From positions 1,054,001 to 1,118,000 of the forward strand of contig CP145411.1 in the NCBI GenBank assembly GCA_036867785.1: DNA of 64,000 nucleotides, read 5' to 3'. This stretch comes from Plasmodiophora brassicae (Eukaryota). The first letter of the stretch is position 1, and the number at the start of each line of letters is the position of its first letter. The notes under the pieces are model-generated. The model had not been told where the DNA came from, searched no databases, and was given only the letters and a program-made list of their open reading frames with translations. Below are positions 10,822 to 23,268 of the stretch, in pieces. The position numbers and the translations under genes were made by a program.

Positions 10822-12813
10822 ATGGCGTCTGAGCCGGGCGGCCGTTGCGTCGTGCTCCTGGCTGGCGTGACGACCGCCAGCGACCAGCGGCAGCGTTTCC
10901 AAGTCAGCGAGCGCCATGCGTTCCGGTCGCCTGTCATCCGCTGCATGTTCAAACGCGGGTCGTTTGTCGAAGGCGCGGAGCGCACAGCGTCACTGGCGGC
11001 CATGACAGGGGAAACGCTGAGCGATGTAGTTGAATACCTAGAGCGTCGTTTGAGTGCCGCCCCCGATGGCCGGCGCGCCTGTCGTCTGTTGCTGGCCAGC
11101 GAATTCCTGCAGCTGCCCGGCCTGCAACGACTGAGCGTTCGCGCCCTGGCCGCCCGCTTCAAGCACCTGCGCTCGTTCGGTAGTCTGCCAACGCACCTGA
11201 TTGAACCCATCCTGCATCGCCTGGACCCGCTGCGGCTGGCCATGGCCGAGGTCGTCCTGAGCCGCGATCGTCGCCAAACGGAGATCGACCTCCTACCGTT
11301 CTGGAAGCGCCTGGCACGGATCACGCCCGAGGGCGGCGCGGACAATGCCCGAGCTCGTGCACGAGCCATGCAGCTGTGCCTGGAACGCATCACCTCGTTG
11401 TCGTCGTCCAGCGACGACCTTCGCGACGCGATGACGTACCTAGCACCGCATGTCGATACGTTCGTCCTGCGTAACAAATCGCTGGACGTCGGCGCGCTGG
11501 TGTCCCGCTTGACGTCTGTCACCACATTGCGCCTTGATGGCAACGACATCGGAACCCGCGCCGGAGCGGCCGTCGCACGATCGTTGAACCATGGAGACGT
11601 CGGCATTGTCGACCTGGACGTGACGTCGTGTGGCCTAACCGCTCTGGCGTTACGGCCGCTGGCGTCATCAGCGACGGCCACCAGGTCAACGCGAGCTGTT
11701 CTAGGCCTGCACCAGCGCCGAAGAAGCATCCGACTCTGCCTGTCGAACAACGCCGCTCTTGGTGACGCGTTCTTCACGGAACTCGACGAGGGCTGCCTCG
11801 GTGCACTGCGTTCCTTGCGAATCGCCGGCAACGCGATCGGCGTTCGTGGGGCGGAGCACTTGGCGCGCGGCCTGCGACAAGGCGCCCTGCCATCACTGAC
11901 GTCGCTATCGGCCGGGTCCTGTGCCCTGCAATCCCAGGGGGTTTCCGTGCTCGTGTCGGCGCTTCCCGTCCGCCTGGCGCATCTGGACATATCGGATAAC
12001 GCGCGGCTGGACGACGTTCAGGGCGGGACGAACCCGGGGGCGGCACTCAGCGAGTTTCTGGACCGGTCCAGGTCGACGCTGTCTGAGTTAGACCTTGGGC
12101 GCAACGAGTTTCGCACCAAGCCGCTGCTGCTGGTCACCGGTGCCCTTCGCAGGTGCGAATCGATCACGACGCTCATCATGGACAGCATGCCGCTGGAAGC
12201 CGTCATCCAGAGCCTGGCGCTGGCCTGCCAGCAGAGCAGAACGTTGAGGACACTGAGCGTCGCCAGGGCGCGTCTGCCGGCGCGGGCAATGGTGACGCTG
12301 GCCGCTGTGGTAGCGTACAGCAACAGCCTAGAGGCGCTGGACGCCACCGATAACGAGTTTGACGGCGTGTACTCGGCGGCGCTGGCGAGCGCGCTGCAGC
12401 AGAGCCGGTCGCTGACATCGCTGACGTTATCCGGTGGGACGTTCCGGATGCCACCCGATGCCGTTGCGAGCATTGTGGCCGGCCTGGCACACAGCGGTCG
12501 CATCCGATCGCTGTCGTTCGCCGACCACGCCCTGCGGTCGCCCGAGTGCGCGTCGATCGCCCGCCTGATCGCGACGTGCCCCGCCCTGGAATTCGTCGAT
12601 CTCAGCGGGAACCGCCTGACGGATCGCGGCGCACAGCACCTGGCCAGCGTCCTATCCGACTTCCTCCATGCCACGCCGTCCCGGTCGGTCACAGTCGACC
12701 TGCGCCGGAACAATGTCGGCGCGGATGGCATCGCGGCCCTTCAGGCCCTCTCCACCGCCCATCCGCTCGTGCGCATCGTCCTCGACACCATAGGAATAAA
12801 GGCAAGAACATAA
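10822..12813 (+). CDS. BTB-like + RNI-type leucine-rich repeat protein
   Basis: Intronless. BTB-like helix (LLLASEFLQLPGL) followed by many LRRs (TTLRLDGNDIG, SLRIAGNAIG, ELDLGRNEF, FVDLSGNRLTD). Confidence 0.8.
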   Translation: MASEPGGRCVVLLAGVTTASDQRQRFQVSERHAFRSPVIRCMFKRGSFVEGAERTASLAAMTGETLSDVVEYLERRLSAAPDGRRACRLLLASEFLQLPGLQRLSVRALAARFKHLRSFGSLPTHLIEPILHRLDPLRLAMAEVVLSRDRRQTEIDLLPFWKRLARITPEGGADNARARARAMQLCLERITSLSSSSDDLRDAMTYLAPHVDTFVLRNKSLDVGALVSRLTSVTTLRLDGNDIGTRAGAAVARSLNHGDVGIVDLDVTSCGLTALALRPLASSATATRSTRAVLGLHQRRRSIRLCLSNNAALGDAFFTELDEGCLGALRSLRIAGNAIGVRGAEHLARGLRQGALPSLTSLSAGSCALQSQGVSVLVSALPVRLAHLDISDNARLDDVQGGTNPGAALSEFLDRSRSTLSELDLGRNEFRTKPLLLVTGALRRCESITTLIMDSMPLEAVIQSLALACQQSRTLRTLSVARARLPARAMVTLAAVVAYSNSLEALDATDNEFDGVYSAALASALQQSRSLTSLTLSGGTFRMPPDAVASIVAGLAHSGRIRSLSFADHALRSPECASIARLIATCPALEFVDLSGNRLTDRGAQHLASVLSDFLHATPSRSVTVDLRRNNVGADGIAALQALSTAHPLVRIVLDTIGIKART

Positions 12814-12849
12814 ACGCCAGTTTCACGTGACCAGACGAAAGCGGTTTCG

Positions 12850-13220
12850 CACACAAACCGCTTGACGATCCCACACTGACCTCGGGTGGGATCGTTTGGG
12901 AGTGCATGGCCAGCATGCGTAGTACCTAGGGCATCATCTCCACAATGGTACTGGAAGCCGTCGCCAGTCGAGCACGTTGATGTCGATGACGGGACCTGGC
13001 AAAGCGAAACACATGTACTACCAGATCGAAGGGTCGCGATTCGCGAAGGCTTCCCGTACGGTTGAAGTGCCTTTCGCCCCATTAAACTGTCCTTGCCAAG
13101 CGTTTGGACAGTTCTTCCATTTCCACTGGTAACAATCAATGGATCCGGCCATGCCTGGAAAGCCTCGGCACGCGTTCTCGGCCATCACGGTGAACGCTCT
13201 GGACCGATCCAGGTCGCAGG
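12850..13220 (-). mobile_element. Degenerate PIF/Harbinger-type (plant transposon protein, PF04827-like) transposase fragment
   Basis: RGFPGMAGSIDCYQWKWKNCPNAWQGQF...EAFANRDPSIW matches the GFPGMLGSIDCMHWxWKNCP signature, then an in-frame stop and decay. No TIRs recognised. Confidence 0.8.
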
Positions 13221-13915
13221 AAACCTGGCATCCAATTGACAGCGACACTGCGACATCGTAACCTGGCAAACGTCCAGACCGTCCTGTGCCTAACTCATAT
13301 GCACTGAACTTGTTAATCCGGTAAACCTCATGAGGGACGGTGACGTCGAACAGATCAGGGGCCGGTTTTCCCCAGCGGTGACGAAGGCTCTGGCGGAGTT
13401 GACCATCTCCCGCGATTTGAACTCGTCGATGACAGCAATGGCCAATGGGTCTTGAAGCGACAGTGCGGAATAGATCCCGCTGAGGAATGCCCAGCCGTGG
13501 CCTACGCCCAGACCGTACTGTGGAATCGACAGCCGGCGATCGCGCTGAGATTGGCAATGGCAGGTGGGACGATGGCGTCAGACAGGCCCGCCAGATCGAT
13601 CTAATGAAACCCGCGCCCCAGCCATTCGTGCCCATGGCCCGTGGCACAGCCGACCGATCCCATTCCAGGTTTCAACTAGGCAAGCAAGCGGGTCGGGCAA
13701 AGCGCATCGCTACGAGGTTTGCGGCCTTTGCAGGCATCGACCATCTGCGTCCGAGGTGGGGAGGTTCGCAAACGCCTGTCCGAGACAGGACTGGAAGGGT
13801 GGCGAACACCGCCAGTTCGTCGGAGAGCGCCGTTCTGGAACAGTTCCATGTCAACAGCAGGCAGCAGGTGGGTGGCAACGGGTCGTGCGCGCACAAGTTC
13901 AACGGTCGGCTGTGC

Positions 13916-14926
13916 ATGGCACCGGCGAAGGCGGGATCAGGGGAGTTGGGGGCGCCGGCCCCGCCCGCCGTGCCGGTATGGCGCGCGATCCTGGCCGGCG
14001 TCGTCGACGCCGTGTCGCTGCACAACGTCGCCGCCTTCGTCCTGATGTCGGCGACCGTGCGACGCAACATGCTCCGGTGCGCCCTCCTGAATATCGTCAT
14101 CTTCTCCGGGTCGATCCTGCTGACCAGCCAGATCGTCATGCCCGTTATACGGGCCATCATTGGGGATAGCTCGACGGCGACGTTTCTCGGGTTGCTCCTC
14201 GATCGGCTGTACAGAATTGTTGGTTGCGCTGCCTCTTCGCCGTTCTTCATTGCTGTCTAACTCATGCGCGTGCCCAGTTCTGGATCTGGCCAGTCTACTG
14301 CTTGAGTTTCTTATTCAACACGGTCTGGTATCAAAGTATTGCTGATAGCGCCTTCATTATCAGCGCGAGGAAGCCAAGCCGACGTCGCGCGTCGGTGTCG
14401 GATTGGGTGGCAGCCATGGCTGAAGAGGTCTATCGATTCGCTCTGCTGGGGTGTTTCGTGGCCCAGGTCGCAATGCTGTCGTTGCTACCCCTTATTGGGT
14501 CGTTGGCTTGGAACGTTCTCATGACGTGGCTGTACTCGTTCTACATGTGGGAGTACAAGTGGGCCCTACAGGGATGGACCATGGACCAAAGGGTCGCGTT
14601 CTTCCAAAGGTATCGCGCTGCCACGGCCGTCGAATCGTTTCATGGTTGATAAGGACATACACAGGCGCTGGGCGTACTTCTTTGGGTTTGGAGCCCCTGC
14701 TACGCTTCTGTCGGTGGTGTGGCCGACGTTCATCAGCTACGGTGTGTTTGCGTTCCTGTTCCCGTGCTTCATCATCCTGGCGATAGCGTCGCGACCTCAA
14801 CCTCACGTCGGCTTCGCTGCTGAGACCGGCATTCCAATTTTCGCATCATCAATGGTGCTATCCGGCAAACTCGCTTCACTCTGCAGACCGGCTCCTCGTT
14901 CGCGTACCCGTGACCATGAGGATTAG
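13916..14926 (+). CDS. EI24: EI24 (etoposide-induced 2.4)-family membrane protein
   Basis: RCALLNIVIF, FWIWPVYCLSFLFNTVWYQSIA, WLYSFYMWEYKW...GW and WAYFFGFGAP motifs. Two introns. Confidence 0.88.
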
Positions 14927-15056
14927 GTCCATTCCCCTACTACAGTACCGATATGGCGCAGCAGTATCGAATCGCGCGACCGTTTCCGATAGATTCTAAC
15001 TTCATCTGATAGACAGCAGCAGCATGGATACCGAAACGAAACGTTGGGCTGGTGTT

Positions 15057-16243
15057 TTACTGTCGCAGAATCTGGGAAATGTCGTGAATCGCACCGCCGT
15101 GGTACTTGCCGACCGCGCGCCCCTTCGCCACGTAATCTCGGCCTTGCAGGCCACGTCCTTTGCCCGAATCATCGAAACGGTGCTGATGGCTACCGGTGTA
15201 CAGTTTGTGGTCCTAACAGACACCAAGGAAGTTAACCCACTGTAAACCCGATACGCTCCTCACGCTGCCGTTACCGTCAGGCGGGCAAGAACGTGATCGG
15301 GGTCGGCCTTCTCTGTGCGTTTCGAGCCCGTCTTGTTATCTCCCGTTCCGGACTCCTCGTTCGACGATTCGAGCTGATCGCCATCAGCGTCCTGCATCTG
15401 CACGAAGTGCGCCTGACAGTACCTGCCCATTGCCCGTTAGAGTGCGCATGAGGGGTTGAAGAAGAACGCAGTGGCACAAACCCCATCCGGTAGATGGCAG
15501 CCGAGCAGTTGCTGATGATGCACCTGCCGCCAGATAGCGCCAATGGCCCAGCCTGGGCATCGGCCGACTGCTCCAGCTTCTCCTGGGTCTGCTTCTGCTC
15601 CTGGTGGTAGTTGCAGAACCCATCGTTGTTGCTGCCCCGGTCGTTCCCGCACGACGGGACATGACACAACGACGAAGTCGACAGCTGGCGTTGGTGGCGG
15701 CCCGCGCTCTGGGGGCGTTCCTTTGTAGCCCCCTTCGCCGCCCCTTTCGGGAACGGCGCCGATTCTTTCTCCTGTGGACGTCGTCGTTCGCTAGCGTCGA
15801 TTCAGAGCAATGACGCGCCCGTACCTGCCACATGTGGTAGCTGCAGAACCCTTGCTTGCTGATCGGCGAGCACGTGTTGACGCAGGTCGTCTCCCTGCAC
15901 CGCCGGTGCGTGGCGACTTCCGGTTTGGGCGCCGCCGACTTGGGGCGCTCCGTCGGTTTGGCTCGCAGGTTCGTCCGCGTGATCTGGCTCAGATCCCGGA
16001 TGATATCGCCATCGTCATCTGTGGGTCGCGCGTCAGACCAAACAGCAGTGTGGCGCTCGTCACGGGTGGTCGGCACAAACACGGCGAGTCGGACGTGCCA
16101 ACACCCTTGACGACGCGGTCGCGGCCAGCCAGGCCGCGGCCACGCCCGGCCGCATCGAAGCGATGCTGGTGCGTTCCCGTGTAGTGTTTTGTATCAGTGA
16201 GCTTGTCGAAGATCGACGGTTTCTTGGCGTCGCTGCCGCTCAT
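15057..16243 (-). CDS. Protein with two partial p25alpha (TPPP/apicortin-type) domains flanking three C-x4-C-xn-C-x2-H fingers
   Basis: N-terminal IFDKLTDTKHYTGTHQHRFDAAGRGRGLAGR. After splicing, C-terminal VLARLT|DHKLYTGSHQHRFDDSGKGRGLQGR...HDISQILRQ*. Three Cys/His repeats lie between them. Confidence 0.82.
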
Positions 16244-16458
16244 CGTCGGGAGTGGGGCGATCCACCCAATGCGCTCTCGGTGTGTGACCGTACCTCGATG
16301 ATCGACTGCGTGGGTGTCCCTCTAAGGTCGACCCTAACGCGAACGCTGGCGCTACTGACACTGCAATGACGGCGCTGAACAGATTCCTCGAGAGATATCT
16401 CGGCGTCCATATCTGATACGACCCCCAATGGAAATCTTCCCGAACTGCCATGTTTTCG

Positions 16459-17126
16459 TTATGTGCCCTGATTATCATTATCGTCTGCTTGCGACCGTTT
16501 CCGCTTCCGTGACCTGTACGTCAGCTTGTCGCTGCAAGGTGGGCAGAGCCTGACCTTGACAAGAGCGAGCTTTGTGTCGCCCTGTTCGACGTACTCAAAT
16601 GGGACCTCAGTGGAGCTGCGTGGGGATCAATATTGTTAAGACGGTTGCAATAATGACAACGCTTGCAAATCTGACCGGAGGCCTCTACGCTCTGAGCACT
16701 TCCTAGCACCGCATGAGAACTGCCCAATTCCCTCCTTGACCTCTGCCTCGGTTCGCCATCGAAGGCCAATGCTGCCGCGTCGGTAATGCTTCAGGTCAGC
16801 GATAGCGAATTCCTTGTACAGCCGGGCATAGTACGCGCGAGCCTGTCCATACAGCAATTCGTATTCATAACGAGAAAAACTGAACCTCGAACCCTGACCA
16901 TTTCGGCGACCCAGGGATCGGACCCAGCGTCAGCATCTTGCTCCCGTATGAACTGATACGACGCCTCGAGGACATCCAGATCGGTGACCGCAGGTTGCGG
17001 CTCCCGATGCGTGTCATCGCGCTTCTCATATGCGTCCACCAGGCGGCGATGCCGCTCGTACGCTGTCATCGCCTGCCATTCGCGACGGGCGCGCGCACGA
17101 CCCTCCTCCAAGTCGGCGGCCTGCAT
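16459..17126 (-). CDS. FRA10AC1: FRA10AC1 homolog (spliceosome-associated)
   Basis: AYERHRRLV, ARAYYARLYKEFAIADL, GLRWRTEAEVKEGIGQFSCG and EVPFEYVEQGDTKLALVKVRLCPPCSDKL. The start may lie further upstream. Confidence 0.9.
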
Positions 17127-17727
17127 CGCGTACAATGGAGCCTTTACGCAGAAGCGGCGTTTCCAGCCACACCACCAGCGGTCCACAGAAGCGCCCCGGC
17201 GAAACGGCGGGCCCCGCTGTTCCGCTGCCTGACAGTAGCGCGGGCAGTAGAGAAACGCCAAAGTGACCAATAGAAACGTTATATGAATTGCGCCTGAGGA
17301 TATGCATGTACCCGTCAGGACGGACGTGGGCAGGGTCGCTACTGTGGCGCGGAATGACGTATCGACTCGGTGTGCGGCTGGTGGTGCTGCCCGAGCTGCG
17401 GCACTGGGTTCGAGGACGCCTCCGAATCGTTGCGTATGCGCTCCAGCAGGTCCCGGCGCGCAGGCCGGTAATGATGGTGGTGGTGGTCGATATCGATGGG
17501 CGTCGGCCGTAGGGAATCCAGGCGCGGCATGTCGCCTACCCCACCTGCCTGTCGGGGAATGCAGGGTCGTTCCTTCAAAGCCAAGCACGTGGGTCGGAGG
17601 CTCGGCGAATGCGCCGGATCGGTGGAAGGATGTATTCATTCAAAAGCCAGCGTGTTATGCGAGCGCCGGATTTGGATAACGCGGCGCTGGGTGCTCTTTA
17701 TTTGCGGGTCGCCGGTGCAGGGAGGTC

Positions 17728-18861
<1,134 letters not shown>

Positions 18862-18964
18862 CGGCGTCACCTTGATCGTTCAATATACTTACTTCCCGTT
18901 TCCCTGGTGCGGTCTACTGGTTTCCACTGATCTGACGTCCTCCTGTATTTACGTTGGGCCCTCT

Positions 18965-19525
18965 TCACAAGCGGTTCGCGATCGCGAGAACGGCGGCGGC
19001 AGCGGCAACGGTAATCAGCACAGTGGGCGTCGTCGTAGTCACTGCGTCGCTCGTCGGGCGCGCCGCGTACCTGACTGACGGCGCGTTCGTGCCTGCGAAC
19101 GTGCCACTGTCGACGTTGAAAATCCCACAGGCCCCCACGTATTCGTTCACACCTGCGCATGCTTAGACCATCTTCTAGCGTGCACACGCCGGCAACGACC
19201 ACGTACCGTTGGACATTGCCACGGTAACGCACTTGGCGTTTGCATTGAGGCCTGTGCACTGCGCGTCCGCGGTGCAATCCTGCCCTTCATTTGCAACGAT
19301 CGTGTAGTAGTTGTTGAGCGACTGCTGGCGGCAGTACTCAGCAGTGTTCGACGAGTCGCTGCACCATCCCCATGCCGAGCAGCACTGTGTCACGCCGTTC
19401 TGCGAGGGGCACCCGCTGTTCCCGTAGAACGGCCCACAGCGCAAGCCGTACACCGGTGCATCCGCGTCCGCCTGCATTCCCAGCACGCCAACGACGACGA
19501 GAAGAAGCGTCCCAGCAGAGCCCAT
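18965..19525 (-). CDS. Secreted chitin-binding (CBM18/hevein-like) protein, probably GPI-anchored
   Basis: Signal peptide; [11 protein letters not shown]...QCCSAWGWC...EYC hevein pattern; a second Cys module; after one intron a T-rich linker and hydrophobic C-terminus ([18 protein letters not shown]). Confidence 0.82.
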
Positions 19526-19795
19526 TGTTGGCGAGTGATGCCGGCACGCGCTTCCGCATCACGTTGTGCACGCGCCACCTGCACGCGTCCTGTATCGCCA
19601 CATCGTCCATCCATACCCGAAAGGACCTGCATAGGCAAAACTTAGGTAGGTGGTTTCACCGACCCGCGTCCAATATAGGCGCTTTCACATTCGGGCCCAA
19701 CAAGACTTCCATGAAACCCTGGAAAGGGAACCAGATTCCCTCTGCGGCAGCACGTCTACCGGCAGGGACATGGGATTCATGTTTATGTTGACAGT

Positions 19796-20980
19796 TTACT
19801 GGAGTAGGTTTCTAAGACTCTCGTGGTGCACAGGGTCGATGCGGTCCGGAAACTCAATCTCGAAATGGATGATCAAATCGCCTGCAGGGCGGTCGCCTCG
19901 AGCAGGCCAGCCAAGACCCGGCCTAACGATGGTCTCTTCGGGCGGTGTCACCATGCCAGTTCTGTCGATGGCAATCGTGGACCCGTCGAGATGGTCGATA
20001 GATCGGCTAAAGCCAAGCAGAGCTTCTCGAAGCGTGATATCCATTCTAGACAACATGTCACATTGACAATCATACGTGAATGTCAACGCACGGGGTACCT
20101 GAAATGAATATCGTTGTCGACGAGAGAGAACGGTCCTTCGGTTGACTCGATGTCGACGGTAACAATCACGTCGCCTTTGGTGTGGCCAGGCAGCTGGCTG
20201 CCCTGACCAGCAAGCACGACGTGCTCGCCAGACATGATGCCACGCGGGACTCGAAGGGACAGCTCCTCTGGCGAAAGGACCATACCTCGGCCGTTGCATT
20301 CCAGGCATGGATCCGTGACTATCTCTCCTTGGCCGTCGCACGCCGAGCATCGCTGACGAACCTTGAAGATCGGCCCACCTGGGAACAATTGCGCCTTCTG
20401 CTCGCGCTCACCCAAACCCTGCATTCAACGAATTGAACGGCCGCTATCGTAGGAAGTGTCGCACAGGCAATGCACAGACCATGCAATATCCACACGTGTG
20501 GACACCACCAGGCGAGGCGCCACGACCACCGCAAACGGGACACAATGCGATGCGTTCGTCCTGCCAAACCAGCCTGTGAGTTCCGGGGCTGGCAACGTTT
20601 GCGAACAAGTGGGCGCCTGCTCATACAAGGCGGAATCGAATACGTTCCGATCGGAACGCCGTTGACAGCGGAACGTTGACCACAACGTTCTGGGTCTGCG
20701 TCTTGCCATGGTGATGCTGGTGATGATGGTCGTGGTCTCCCAACGCAAACGATAAAGCTTGCCAAAGAAAGCGAAAGGCGAAGACCGAAACGGCGACGGC
20801 AATCACTACGCGAATGACTCGAGTCCATTGCACGGCGTCGTCCGGCTGTTCCCGTCGTTCCCGTTCCTCTCTGTAGTTTGTGTAGATTCGTATAGGTTCT
20901 TCCGGGTCGCGACGGACAGGGTCGCTTGGGCCCTGCCGGCGCCGGCGCACGACATCCAAGTCCACATGGGCGTCGGACAT
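19796..20980 (-). CDS. DnaJ/Hsp40 type-A-like protein (zinc-finger + C-terminal domains) with N-terminal TM; no J domain seen
   Basis: Four CxxCxGxG repeats (CPVCGGRG, CGYCM|GLG, CSACDGQG, CLECNGRG). DnaJ-C motifs GDVIVTV, ITLREALLGF and GDLIIHFEIEFP. A TM helix and His-rich stretch lie upstream. Confidence 0.8.
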
Positions 20981-21655
20981 AGCCCGCCGGCCTGCGACCG
21001 GACTCGTCTGTCGTCACACGGCCGCACAGCGGATCGCCGTGGGAGCCCTCTCCGCTGCGGCTCTGGCCCCGTGGCTAAATATAGGCAATTCGTGTTCCTC
21101 GTCTCGACCAAGGTCTATACGACAGGAACGACCCACGATACCAATGTACGCCTCATCATCGCCGGTGCCACATGCAGAACGTCTGCGTCCGCAGCTGGGT
21201 CTGAGCTTCAACAAGCGCCTGTCGTCGTTGACGCCGTGCAGATTAGAGGGGTCTCCGTGGATCGTTCGTCGCCGCCCGCAAACACATAAACACGGGGAAC
21301 GATTATGCTCGTTTGCCAGCAGCTCGTGCTCGGCAACGTATACGTTGTTCCGTCAAGGCACTGACGAGTACCTGCGTCCATGATCGTCGCCTGCGCTTGC
21401 CACGAAACAACGGGCCTTCTCTCCCCGATATCTGGCCATCGGTAACCTGCTGGACATGTTTGGGAGCTTCGCAGCACATGGCCACACTCGTACGGCGTCG
21501 TTGAATGGCCCGCTGTGATTCATTTCCCAATTCGGTAGTGTGCAGGCCTGGTCCGTCTGCGTCCCAGCCAGCTATACGATTGCAGCGGGACCGTACGGCG
21601 TATTTTTGTCGAGGCACCGTGGCCCGGCGATTGCGGTGATCTTAGATCTGGGATC

Positions 21656-22647
21656 ATGGCGGATCGTGCGGCCGACCTGGTCGCGCAGGCCAAGGAGAAG
21701 ATGAAGCCCAAGTTCTTCGGCCTGTTCAAGAACACGGAGGAAGCCGCCGAACTGTTCGAGAAGGCCGCCGGCCAGTACAAGCTCGCGAAGCAATGTAAGC
21801 GGTCGCGTATTCGGGTCGGCGACGAGTGTAACGCATGGGATGGTGCAGGGAAAGAGGCTGCTGAGACCTATGTGCTGGCCGCCGAGGCATCGAAGGATGC
21901 GGGCGATTCGACCAGGACGAGGAATATGTACAGTGAGGCCGGCAAGGCGTTCAAGAAGAGTTCGCCGGACGACGCAATACGCATGCTCAAGATGGCGGCC
22001 ACCCAGTATCAGGAGGCGTCGCAGCTGTCAGGGGCCGCCAAGCTGTACAAGGAGATTGCTGAGGTGTGCGAAGAGCAGAGCGACCTGAAGGGAGCGATCG
22101 AGGCCCACCAGCAGTCGGCCGACTGTTACGCGGCTGAGGATCAGACCACGACCGCCAACCAGGAACTGCTGCAGGTGGCGAACCTGTCCGCGCAGGTGGA
22201 GGATTATCGACGAGCGATCGAAATTTACGAGCAGGTCGCTGCTGCCTCAGTCGACAACAAGTTACTGCATTGGTCTTGCAAGGGATACTACTTCCAGGCC
22301 GTCCTGTGCCATCTGGCGCTGTCGGTACATGGCCTTGACTTGTCGGCAACGAACGAGGCGATTAAGTCGTACAAGGACCTGTACGCCGCGTTCGCCGACT
22401 CTCGCGAATGCAAATTCTGTGAAACGATCGCGGAAGCGGTCGGTGCTGGCGACGAGGAGAAGTTTACCGATGCCGTTTATGAGGTCAGTGTCCCTGATTG
22501 CATTGAGGCTGGCGTCTGACTGGTTCCCGGTTGGTTCAGTTCGACAATGTCAGTAGGCTGGACACGTGGAAGACAAGTATCCTATTGAATATCAAGAAGT
22601 CCATCAAGAAGGCAGCGCTTGGTCTGCAAGAGCCTGATCTGACCTGA
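21656..22647 (+). CDS. NAPA: Alpha-SNAP (Sec17), intact copy
   Basis: EEAAELFEKAAGQYKLAK, AIEIYEQVA, FADSRECKF and C-terminal EPDLT*. Two introns. Confidence 0.95.
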
Positions 22648-23155
22648 GCCTTCCTCCGCCGTGTTTGATGTAAACGATTTCCAATTAGATGCTCGATTCG
22701 CATAGGTAACCTCTCTTCTGACGGTCAGCAACAACGTGGCGAAACGAACTCTTTCGTAAGGCAGCTATATAGCGTCCAGTTTTGACATAGACGTATACGT
22801 TTATGTGGTATCCATGGCATCAATCTCGGCGTCGTCAAGAAGTCGAAGCCACCTAGCAATCGCTCTGGAAATCGAATCAGCGTCGATCACGGGGGCGACA
22901 TAATGTCGAAGCCCTACAGTTTGGCTCGCAGCGTCCGGTGCAGAGCGTCCAGCTGTGCGCTTTGCTCCTCGATTGGCTTGTGCATCGGATCGAGACGTTT
23001 CACTGCCTCCCTGCCCAACTGCACCTGCTGCGACAACGCCTCCGCCTGTCCCGAGCCACGTTTGACTAGGATGCTCGACCCAAACAATCGCACATCTGCA
23101 CCCGCTGCCTGTGTGACCTCCTTCTCGGAACGCCCGTCCTTGCACTTGGTAATCA
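22028..23155. repeat. Direct repeat copy A (1128 bp; partner 26167-27277)
   Basis: Near-identical to 26167-27277. Spans the alpha-SNAP 3' part, the intergenic region and the MED9 3' part. Confidence 0.95.
22801..23155 (-). pseudogene. 5'-truncated MED9 copy
   Basis: Lacks the first ~21 codons present at 27278-27338. The intron-1 donor is changed GT to GC, and there are several substitutions. Confidence 0.8.
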
Positions 23156-23268
23156 CTGCAGTAGCCATCCGCAAAAAGGTGACGGGAAACGGGCCCGCCC
23201 GGTCAGGCGTGCGGCGGCCCGTCGCCCCAGTCTCATTCGGTCACTGTGCCGCAAGCATCGTTTTATCG

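Noticed and set aside
1250-12731. Long overlapping or antisense ORFs (e.g. 1250..2392, 6137..7099, 10713..11990)
   Set aside because: Shadow frames of GC-rich coding sequence, with R/P/S-rich low-information translations.
17130-17640. His-rich ORF (DHHHHHY) or N-terminal extension of FRA10AC1
   Set aside because: No consistent gene model could be built. It lies in the divergent promoter region with TPI.
21000-21620. Possible J-domain exons upstream of the DnaJ-like gene
   Set aside because: No HPD or J-domain-like helices in the frames examined.
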